NCBI GenBank assembly: GCA_964016885.1 | Contig: OZ024743.1 | Coordinates: 326,244,001 to 326,308,000, forward strand | Length of the DNA: 64,000 bases | Reading direction: 5' to 3' | Source: Eledone cirrhosa | Lineage: Eukaryota | Shown: in pieces, positions 50,901-62,900 of the stretch | Position numbering within the stretch: position 1 is the stretch's first letter | Layout: every line of letters starts with the position of its first letter | The notes under the pieces: generated by a model | Seen by the model: the letters and a program-made list of their open reading frames with translations, nothing else | Databases searched by the model: none | Told to the model about the DNA's origin: nothing | Made by a program: the position numbers and the translations under genes

Positions 50901-53900
50901 CTGGATGTCCTTCCTAACACCAACCACGCTTACAGCATGAGACTGGATGGTCCCTTTCAAGAGGCGAGTCTGGCCAGTTGGCCTCATCATACCTTGCTCA
51001 TAGCAGGACCACATTTTGGCTGGGTTTTGACAACAGTGAAAAATGTGGCCTGAAAGGCTAACTCCTATTTTAGCAGGAAAGATGGCCATAACATGCTTGT
51101 TACATTATTACATGTAACCAATATTACATTATAACATCATACAAAAGCTAAAATCTTCCCCAAACCTCACTGTCAAAACAAAAAGGAAGAACACATTGAA
51201 ATAGAGATGTATATCTATGTCTGCTATGCCTTGTCCTTAATATGTTTATTGTTGTATATTGTATGTTTTCTTTTTCTTTTATCCAGGGAAAGAAAAGGAT
51301 AAACGACAACCTCAGCCTGAAAAGAAAATTTCTACAGAAGTTAAGAAGAAGGAAGTTGATCCTAAACAAGGAAATCAAGTCCCCAAAGGACCAGATGATG
51401 TACGACTTAATGTTAAAAAGTCTCTGCATGAAGCTTTGGCAAATAGGTAAACTATCACATTTTAAAAACAAGATTATTTCTTTGATGTCATTTCTTTGGT
51501 TATTAGTGTAATATATTGATTGGAAATTGTTTCTTGGTTTCACAAATATATATATATATATATATATTAGGGTTGCACTGATTAATTGGCCATATCAGCC
51601 ATTTTTTTTATAATAGGCCATTATTGTTTTTGAGCAAGAAAACCATGACTGACAGAAATTCAGAAAATACAGAAGAGACATTATTATTTTCTAAGACATA
51701 CAATCTATGCCCACTAGTGTAATAAAACTCTACTCCTAGTGCTTCAGTGTTGATCTTCACAACTGAAAATTACTTGGGGCTGTAACTCCCTGTAAGTTAA
51801 AGTGTAAAGTTAAAGTGTGTAGAAGACCCTCCTACCCACATTAGAGGATAGGTGCTTAATTGATCTTTTAAAATGGAATTGATTTAAAAATCATAAGGAT
51901 TACACTTGCATCTTTATTTCAAAGTATTCACAATTTTTCCAGTAATAATTCCTGTCTATTAATTCCTGTCTATTAAATTACTCAAACAAAAAATAAAATT
52001 TTATGATTGAATTTAAATACTCACAAAATGATAATGTAAAACATTCAGAGCATAGTGGATGTCTTCTTTCAGACAAATATATATTCCCTCCTATGAAAAA
52101 ATCAGCGTAATTTTTTTCATCACATACTCCTAAATTGTAGCTCCATAATTGTGATTAATTATGAAATACAATTTATTACTTGCAATTAACCATAATTTTC
52201 ATATTACAATACATAATTACATTATAATCATAATCAGTATTGACTATTACGGCAATCAATAATTAGTAATTGGTTAATTTGCATATCAGTGCATCCCTAA
52301 TCCAAACCTTATAAGCCGAAGCATCTAATCAACACATTGTTTAGATGGTGTGTTTTAAAATGTTTTAAGTGTCGTTTAGAGTATAGTTTTTGTTTCACAA
52401 CTCCATTATGTAATGAGATTCCATTATGTTAAGTTTCAAGAAGTTTCTTGAATTTTTGTTTGCTTTTGGCCACTCACATGCTAGAAGTTCTTTGAAAGAT
52501 AAAGATTGGATAAGAAAATTTTGTGTAGGGATTCATAGAGTAGAAGATGGAGGCAGAGAGCAAGTGAGAGTGAAGGGGGAAAGAGAGAGCAAGTGAGAGT
52601 GAAGGGGTAAGAGAGAGCAAGAAGGGAGAGAGAGCAATAAAATCAAATCAAAAGTAAGATTGAAAGAAAAAATATTGTGTGTGCATGTGCATGTGCACAT
52701 AAGGTATTAAAAAGTTCAAATTATAAAAATTTGTTGGAAATATTTTTAATAACACCAATGATGATGTAGTAAATGTTGAAAAACAAGATATTTTAGCACC
52801 TTATTTACATAGAATTTGAAGTTGGTGAAAATCATCAAAATATTGAACCCGAATATAAGTCAACCACCCCATTTTACCATTGATTTTTTTTTTATCACAT
52901 ATTCCTCAGCTTATATTCGAGTATATACAGTAGTAATTTCTGTTTGATTATTATAGAAATTTTAGTTAAAATTTGATTGTTTTGAAAATAGATAAACGAG
53001 TTTTAAATGTTCTTTCGTAGTATTACTTTTTTCCCAGTAATAATCATCATCATCATCACTCTTTTACATCTATTTTCTATACTTTCATGGGTTAGACAGG
53101 TTGTTATGTTTTAAGGCTAGACCAGTCAGATGACTCATGTTTTGCTCATATGTTCCAGGTTTGGTACAGTCTCCATTGCTGGATGCCCTTCATAACATCA
53201 ACCATTTTACTGCCTGTACTGGGAGCATTTTATCATGGTACCCAACCCACACTGTAAAGTGGTAGTGTTGGTGTCATGATAAAATGCATCCAGTACACAC
53301 TGTAAAGTGGTTGGCATTAGGAAGGTCATCCAGCCGTAGAAATCATTTCATAGAAACCATTTCAAATTGGAATGTATGAGTAGGATCTGATCACCCAACC
53401 TGTCTTGTCTTATAACATGACAACCCAGCCAACTCATGCTAGTGTGAAAAATGGGCATAAAATGCTGTTGATGATGATGATGGACTGTTTAGATTGTGTT
53501 CAACTCCTTATCAAGGACTCAATGTGAAATGATATGATTCAAACTTATATAAATTACAATTTTTTACCAATGATGTATATTTCAGGGCCAGAGAAGCTAG
53601 TGATATCAATCATCACAATAGCGGCTTACGCAATTTGGTTATAAATATCGAAGAAGAGCTACATCGATTATATAATGACAGTGGTCACAAATACAAAGCA
53701 CGGTATCGCAGTCTCATCTTCAACATTAAAGACAGCAACAATAAGGTAAGTACATAAAAGTTCATAGAAAATGACTCTTTGTGAGACATTGTTTGTTGAC
53801 TTACGGCACTACCTTATATATCATCATCATCGTTTTAACATCTGCTTTTCCTTCTAGCAAGGGTTGGACGAGTCTACATAGACCAAATCAGTACTGAAGC

Positions 53901-56900
53901 TTGCCTACTGACTTCTCAGACAGGCCAGGGATCTACATTTTGTTTACTAATGGCCTCATATTTTACTGAGTGTATGGGAGAGGTTGTCATGTCTTTAACA
54001 CACTGAAGGGACCTCCCAACCCTTGTTTGGCAAGCTTTCTATAGACTGTATTATGTCAAGAAGACCATTCAGTCATGACACCTCAATGTTTCTAGTGCTG
54101 GTGTCAAGAAATATGTGCCCAGTACACTCTGTGAAGTGATTGGGTATAGGAAGGGCATCCAGTTAGACAATCTATGCCAAAAAAGGGTTGAGAAGGCTTT
54201 TCGGTTGTGTTAGGAGTGCAACATCTTTCTAGTGTTGGCTGTAAGATAAAACACAGCTGGGTTGACTGGAGAAATATGAAATGAAGTGGTTTTGCTCAGG
54301 AATACAATGCACCACTAGGTCCAAGTATCAATGCCACAACATTACGACCATAAGTCCAACACATTAAGCATGAAGCCACATGCCTTCACTAAATACATTA
54401 ATCTAATTTTTTTCTTCTACATGGTTATTGATGTTGAGTTTTGTCTTTTATCTCTCACAAGGATATGAACAGTTGACCTTTCAGCTGCTAGTATTCAGTT
54501 ATTGATGTTCTCAAAATGTGTTATGGGGATCAGTACTGAAGACTTTGTCAGCCTGCAGAAAGCTCATCATTCCCCAGGTTTGAAATCATGGGTCCAAGAA
54601 ATATGTGAAGTGAAATTCAATCTGCCAGTAGTTTTGTACCACTTTATTGCATTTTTAGTGTTCAAATCACACCTAAGCTATCTTTGTCTTTCATCCTAGC
54701 TGGGTTGATAAAATAAGTACTGGTCCTGCTAAAGAAAGCCTTGATATACATAACATTGTCAAATTTGCTCTAATTACAGTTGACTTTCTTATTAGAATAA
54801 AAGATATTCCAACCATGAATAGTTATGTTTATACAATAAGTAAGCATATTCTCCCCTTAATGGAGCTCTACTCAAATATGTAAACTGGTGCACTGTTATT
54901 TTTTTTATTATTGCTTTAGAGTGAAAAATCGAAGGAGATTTGACTGCTCTTTCAGTATCTCATCACACCAGTTGTTATTCACTATCAATATCTCAATATA
55001 TCACTTGTGATTATCAATGGTTTTCTTTTCTTTTTTACTTTAAGGATTAAGTTCCACCTGCTATATTTCTTTCAATTGTGAATGTAGCATGGCTAAGTGA
55101 TCAAGAAGTTCACTTTACAATCATTAGACTGTAAGTTTGATCCCTCTGCATGACATCTTGGACAAGTATCATTTACCATTGCCTTGGGTTGACCCATGTC
55201 GTGTGAATAAAATTTGGTAGACAGAAACAGTTTAGAAACCCATTAGATGGACTACTAATAATTCAAAGGGCCAGCTTTGTCATGCTGAATCTCCCTAAAA
55301 ATTTACATTAAGAGTACACGTGTGTGGAATGCTCAGTCACTTACATATTAATTTCATGAGCATGATGTCCTGTTGATCAAACAACCAGAACACTCATCAT
55401 TGAAACTGACGGAGGTCCATTTTATTTCTTTGAACTCTTATTAGGCAGTTCTTTATTTCATTTGCCTAGTCTTTACATAGATTTAAGTTTAAGTGTAAAG
55501 TGTATATGGAGGGAGTTTCAGATAGAGCGGATATGTTCAGCTGGATCTTGGGAATGGTGTGAAGATGGAAGGTATGAAAACACTTGTTGTTGTGTTGTAG
55601 TCTTTACTACATTTTATTGTTTACAGTTTTCTTTTATCATTTCTCATTAACATTTTTTTTATATAAAGGGTTTGTTCCGGAAAATTCTAAATAAACAGAT
55701 AAAACCTTATCGACTTGTCCGTATGACGGCTGATGAACTTGCTTCACCAGAACTTTCCCAATGGAGACAGAAAGAAGCAAAACACGTAAGCTTGTTATAT
55801 CTATTTATCTATCTATCTGTTTGTGGACATGCATTCACCCACACTATTATTGATATTGATACAGCATTTATTGTCAGATGATCAGAGCTGAAGACAACTC
55901 TTGCATGAAATGGTTCCCTCTATGATGATGATATCTTCCATTCGTCCCATCCATTGTAACTTATTTCCATTTCTTTAAACAGCTGTCATCTTCCATACAC
56001 ATCACATGTCCATATCAGTGTAATCTTTTCTCTTGCACACATCTAATTCCTCTTATGCTATGATGTTGACATACATTAATATTACACATCCATCAGAGCA
56101 TACTCGCTTTATTTCTTTCTAGCCATTCCGATCTTCTGCAGTGAAGGCCCATGTCTCGCTGTCATGTAGTATTGTAGTACACATACAAGCATCATAGTCT
56201 ATCACTCTGAAAGAGAAGCCCTTTATTGTCAGCAGAGATATTAGTTCCTTAAACCACTTCCAGCCTGGCACCAGCATTACCACTTTGTGTAAACATTTTT
56301 GTATTGTTTTCTTTAGACATTGGAGATGATTGAACAGAGAGAAGTTGAAGCCATCCAAGAAGCAGCTAAATGTCATGTAATGAAGAAGACTCACAAAGGT
56401 GAAGTAGATGTTGCTGGGGAAGACCTTAGTACATTAGAGGTAACTTTTACTATAATTTTTACCGTTTTCATTCTTATTTTGATATTTAATATTAAAAACA
56501 CAAACTCTTCCCTTCCTTCACACATGACACTATTGTGTTATCATGTTCATGATCATGATTATCAACATCATTTAACATCCATTTTCCCCGCTAATGTATG
56601 TAAAGTAAGAATTGAATGCTGACTTAAAAAAACATTGGGAAAATTTGAAATCTGAAATGTAGTTGTCCCAACACAAACTGACCATAATAATAGTTGATCA
56701 CTATAACTATAAAAAAAGTGGACAGAGGCATCTAACCGCACATCTTTCAGATGCCGGGAGAGTGCATTAACCATAATACAAAATAATGCCTCAAATTCCA
56801 TCTCTTTAGATTTTAAGCCTGGAAACTATTGTTAAAGTGGTTGCATACAAATGCATCCCATCTCCATCACTCTAAATCCCTTCCTATCCTGACTAGAAAA

Positions 56901-59900
56901 ATTATAAAATAGACGGAAAAAAAAAAACAAGTTATGATGAATGGTGGTTGAGTTGGACAGAGTTAAGTTTAATTCTCTCTCTAGAGTTCATGATTTTGTG
57001 TGTTAAGTCCTTACTTAAATCAGATTAGTTACTTATCCTTTCAGTACAACCCAATTCAGTAAATTTAAAAAGAATGTTTAGAGTGATTCTGAAACAGACT
57101 GGATGTTAGATTATTGTGGTTTACTGCTTTACTGTAGTGTTCAGTTGAAATCATTATCATCACTTAAAGCCTGTTTTTCCTTGCTTGCAAGGATTGAACT
57201 GGCTTTCTCCAACCAAGTCCATCTTAATTGATGCTTCTCACCTCTCAGATGGGTTAGAGGCTGCATTTCCCTTACATATGTTCCCACACTCAACAGTGCA
57301 TTGGGTGCATTTTATTGGGACACCAACACTAGGACAGTTATCATGTCTTTGACACAACTGAAGAGTCCTCTCTACTCTTTATTGGTATGGTTTCTACAGC
57401 TGGATACCTTTCCTACCATCAACCACCTCACATGTACTGAATGGAATTTAACTGCAGCATTTGTTCTATAGAAAATGTCAGTATAGTTGAGCTATACAAA
57501 AATCAGTGATCATAAGATTGGATTAGGTGATGAGTGACTGTAACTATTGTGGGAGTTAGCTGCTGAGCTTGTGTTTTTAAGGACTCTTTCTTAGTGAGAC
57601 TAAAATAATAATGTTTACTAGACTTAAACCTTTCATTATTATATTTATAATGAAAGATTCCACCTATAATTCAGAAAATAATCAAGAATTTGGAGGGTTT
57701 TAATAATATAACAAATAACTATCCACTAGTAAACATACCATGCTATGGGCCCTTAACTCTTCATTGAGTCATATCTTGAGTGTTTAAACCTGGTAGAGCT
57801 CATCTCTCTCCAGGTCAGAACTTAGCTGATTTCTTCCATAGAGAGAGAGAAGGGAAGTGAGAAAGAGATATAGTGGAAGAATCAACCTCGGTACTGGACT
57901 GGTACTTTGTCAACCTCAAAAGGATGAAAGGCAAGATTGATCTCAGAGTGCAGAGAGCTAGAATGAATAACTTGAGGCATTCTATCTGACATTCTAATGA
58001 ATTTGCTACCTCACTAGTAAAGATATTGTAAACATTTGAATCAACAAACCTTTTATTACATATTTTCTGTTAAATCGTTAAGAGTTGAACTTTGATTTGT
58101 GTTATAAAATATATTTGATTTAAAAGAACTACTTTTATGAATGTATGATGCTGTTTCTGTAATCTTTTGATAAGAACACACTACTGTAAGTTGTAGACCT
58201 CTATTATTCATTACCAGGCAAAACCAGTTCCTGTAGAGAAGGTGAAAATTGATCACAAAGTAGATATTGTGGGAGACCTAGTAACTGACACAACTGATTG
58301 TCATCGTAAGCATTTATTTGACTTGAATTGTAAAATATGCACAGGCAAGATACCACCACCTTCTGATGAGCCTCTTGCTAAAAAAGCCAAGAAAGAAGTA
58401 GTTGCTCCTTCTACAAGTTCTTCTTCAGGAATATTAGATAAAAACCAACCAAAACCTGCTATTCCAAAGACTGAAAAGACTCCCCCTAAGACAATCATGA
58501 AAGTTCAAGAAGATGTTTTTAAAGATAATGAAGTGAAAAATATTATGGAAACTATACGCTCTGTAACCCAACCAGAAACAACAAATGAACCGAAAGCTTC
58601 AAATTCACCACGTCCCAGTGCCATGAAAGCTTCTTCAAATTCCAGAAATGTTACTGTAAGGTATGTACTAATTTATTTATCACCTGATTGACAATTATTA
58701 AACCCAATGAAATTACAACTTCAATGTCTTCACGTCTTATAACGCGGTTCTATCACCTGAGTTTTTCTCTCAATTTCTTAAAAAAAATTTTTTATTTAAA
58801 ACCCTGTGGATGTTGCATGGCTGAATGGTTAAACAGTAACGTATACAAGCCTCTTCCAAAGAAATATATATATATAAACGTATATATAATGGCAATTTAT
58901 CATCATCATCTTCATTTAATTGTCGTGCTCCCTGCCAACAAAGGTTGGACAGGTTGTCACAGATCAAGTACTCTTAATTAGAGTTATTGACCTCTCAGAT
59001 AGGCTAGAAGCCACATCTTGCTTACATGTTCCCACCCTATTTCTCTAAAGTGCCTTGATTGTATTTTCATGGCACCATGACTAGGGAAGTTGTTATTTCT
59101 CTGACACAACTGAAGAGTTTTCTTTCTTGACTCTTTGACAAGTTTTTTGTTATGCTTTTCCTATCACCAACCACTACATATGGGTATGTTTTATTGTGTC
59201 ACCAAAATTAGAGAGGTTGTTGTGACCTTGAACGTAACTGAAAAGTCTATGCAACCCTTTGTTTGTTGTGGTTTCTACAGCTGGATACCCTTCCTATTAC
59301 CAACTGCTTTACAGTGTTATTGGGTGCAATTTTCGTGACACCAACATTAAAATGGTTACAGTGACATGACTGAAGGATCCTCTCAACCCCTTGGCTTGGT
59401 TTCTATGGCTGGAAGTCCTTTTTAACACCAACCATTTTACAGAGTGCATTATATCATGACATCAACACTAGAGCAATTACTGGTCATTGATTTGACTGAA
59501 AAGCCCTCACTCTTTGAGGCAGGGTGTAGTAAATATTTCATATTTCTCATTGTTATTTATAATGTTTATTATAAATTCCATAGAATTTTTCTTTATAAAA
59601 GTTAGTTTTCATTATTTTAGCATGCTATTTTGAAATTAATGGCTGTATTTGACTTTGTTTTAATTGTTTTAGATCTCCGGATTCAGTGCTGCAGTCTGGA
59701 TTGGAGAAGAAAGTGAAGTTCTCACCCTCTAGTCCCCTCGTCTGGAAAGGTTTCATTCACATGCAAGATTTAGTCAAGTTCATGACAACTGCTTATCGGC
59801 TGTCTGGTCCGACTGAGCACCTTGTAAGTTTGTTTTTTTTGTCTTTGTGTGTAGTATATAACTGTTCATTTTTATTTTTAAAGAATAAAAGGAATGGAAC

Positions 59901-62900
59901 TAACCATTTCATTACCAACCTGCCCCAAACCATGCTCACATGTGTTGGACAGGTCCTTTTCAGCACAACATTTCTCCACTTTCCATGTTACTTTGTTGCT
60001 TGATGACGGTCGAGGGGTATTTGCACATGGCTACTCTAGTCACCCCACTACCATGTATAGCACTAACATGACTGGTGTTAGCCCTGTATACACAATTAAT
60101 GTGAATCTTATGTGTTGAGCTTTCCATAATTTTGGCAGGGTTTTTTCTGGCTGGATGTCCTTATCACCAAGCACTTTATTGGCAGTATCAGTAGAGGGTC
60201 GGACGCCATGCTTTCTAGCATAGAGTTACGTCCCTTTACGGACTGAATTCATATCCCTACAAGGTTAACTTTGCCTTTCATCCTTACGGGGTTGATAAAA
60301 TAAAGTACCAGTAATGTACTGGGTAATTGCTGGCCTTGTGCCAAAAGTAGAAACAATTATTTGTGCCACCAGCACTAGAGAGGCTGTCTTTAATAAATAT
60401 CTCAAAATTCTTTAATCAACTGTAGGTAACAAATTTAGAGACATCCTTCTTGATGCCTATAACAGGAAGGAAGCAGAGTTAGGGACATATAACATGGAGA
60501 AAAATTGGGTATTTCTTCAGGACAACCTACAGGAAGTCATGAGCTAGGTCTGTGGCTGGAACAATGTCCTACCAAGATGGAGAGTGCACTAGTTGCATTT
60601 TATTGTGGAACTAGCACAAGGAAGACAATCATGTCTTCAACACATTGAAAGAATCCTTCCGACCCTTTTGGCAAGTTTACTATGGTTCGATGCCCTTCCT
60701 ATCACCAATGATACATTTAAAATTTTTTTCTCTTTGCCTAGTTCAGTTTAGAGCCCCATTTGTTCATCATAGTGTAATAATTGAAAATAAAAATAAAGCC
60801 TTACCCACCTAAAGAATTGCACATTCAATTAGTTAAATCTGTGAAGAACAAATTCCTACCTCTGTTCTACCATAAGAAATTACTTTCTAATAAACATCCA
60901 AAATGAGTGGGGTGAAAAAAATCAACTTATTTTTCAGTGTTTCTTCATCATCATCATCATCATCATCATCGTTTAACGCCCATCTTCCACGCTAGCATGG
61001 GTTTGGACGGTAATTTTCCTACTTGAGGCAAGATTGGTTGTCTTGCTCGTATAGGACAGTCTGGCGGGTTTATTCTGTTTATTAACATCCTGTAATTATT
61101 TAGCAGAAAATATTTAAAAACGTGTTTGTTAATTCCAATGTTTATAGTATCCTTTACTTGTGGATAGATGATTGAGAAAATTTGTAGTATTAGTGTAAAC
61201 TTTTTAGTATTTAATGTGATAGTCACTTGTGCTATAAATATTATTCCATGTGCATAGTTAATTCATTACATAGTACAATTAGAGTTATCCCTCTTACAAT
61301 AAAGTTTGTTGCATTTTTGTACTTTTTAAAAATATCTTGCTGCTGTGTTTTCATGCAGTAGAGGACTAAGAGTTATAATCAAACTAACCTAATTTTAAAA
61401 GTTAAATTTTTAAGCCTATTTTGTAAATGTTTTTCCTGGGGGACGGTAGTTGGGTGGAATAGTAATTAGTTCTGAGAAGAATCGTGAACAAATGTAGTTG
61501 TTAAATTCTGTTTTATTGTTGCAATTTTTCAGGAACTTCAAGACACTGTCCATGTTTGTGGCAGGATTGCTCCAGAACTAATATGGGATTATTTGAATCG
61601 TATCAAACAGACAGGCTCAAGAGTGAGTACTAATGACATTTTCTTAGCCTCCTTTCCTTCTTCCCTCTCAACCTTTCTCCTTTCTACACCACTTCTCTTT
61701 TATTCTTCCCTTTATTTATGAACTACCAATTTTTAGTATTTTACCATTTCTTTGAAAATGTTTCTTTTCTTTTCTCTTTACAGGATATTTGTGTGTTACG
61801 CTTTCTCCCTGGAACATTTGACGAAAAGAATGCTTATGTCATGCTTTATTCTTATCTGAATAGCCGGGGCCGTTGTGGAGTGGTTGGTAACAACAGCCGC
61901 CACATCAAAGACATGTATATTGTACCTTTGGCATCTCATAGCAAAATACCCCCTGTTCTTTTGCCATTTGATGAACCAGGTAATTTCTTATTCAAAATTT
62001 AGACTCTTTACATTAGCTTATTATTATGATTGATATTTTACAAATACATTTGTGCAGTTGATCTTTGTGTATATTTCAATGTTATCTTGTCTATATCTGT
62101 GTGTTCACAGAGTGCCAGGGTGAATTTGTGTGGCATTAACTCTAGGGTGGTTGTCAGGTCTTTGACAGTATTGAAGAATCCTCTTGACCCTTTAGCAATT
62201 TTTCTAGGACTGGATTTCTTTTCCTATCATCAACTACTTTAATTGTGTATTGAGTGCATTACAATTTTTGCATAATGCAAGCCCACTTCTATTATGCTGT
62301 TAATGTCTTTGGGAAATTTATCAATCTCAAATTTTTCTTTTTCTGATTGTGCCTATTTAAAAAGAAACTATTTAACAAAATAAAATTATACTGTTTTTAT
62401 ACTCTTTTCATTCAATTTTGCCTTTGCTTGTATTTCTTCTTTCTTCACTTAAGTAATTAATATATTAAAAATCTGTTTAGGTCTAGAAGATAACCGACCA
62501 CACATGTTACTTGGTGTGATAGTCCGACAGAAAGTATGCAAACGTCCAGGGGAGCAGTTGGCTGCTAATGCAAGCCAGGCAGTGATGATATCAGAAGCCG
62601 AGTTGCAAACTAAAAGATTGAAGTACGATCCCACTTTACCATCAACAACTGTGAACACTCCAAAGATGGAGTCTTCATCAGCAAACCAACCTGTTCGGTA
62701 TGATCCATTTCAACCAGCCACTCTGCCGAAATATACTCCAAGTCCAACCACTCAGGACAATACAGTTGACTTACAATCTAGTGGTTCAACTAACTTGACC
62801 AGTGTGAAAGAAACCAAATATTATAACCCTGTGCCAGCTAAAGAACAATTCTACACACCATCTCTTGTTCTAAATAGCAGTAAAACTGACCGACTAAAGC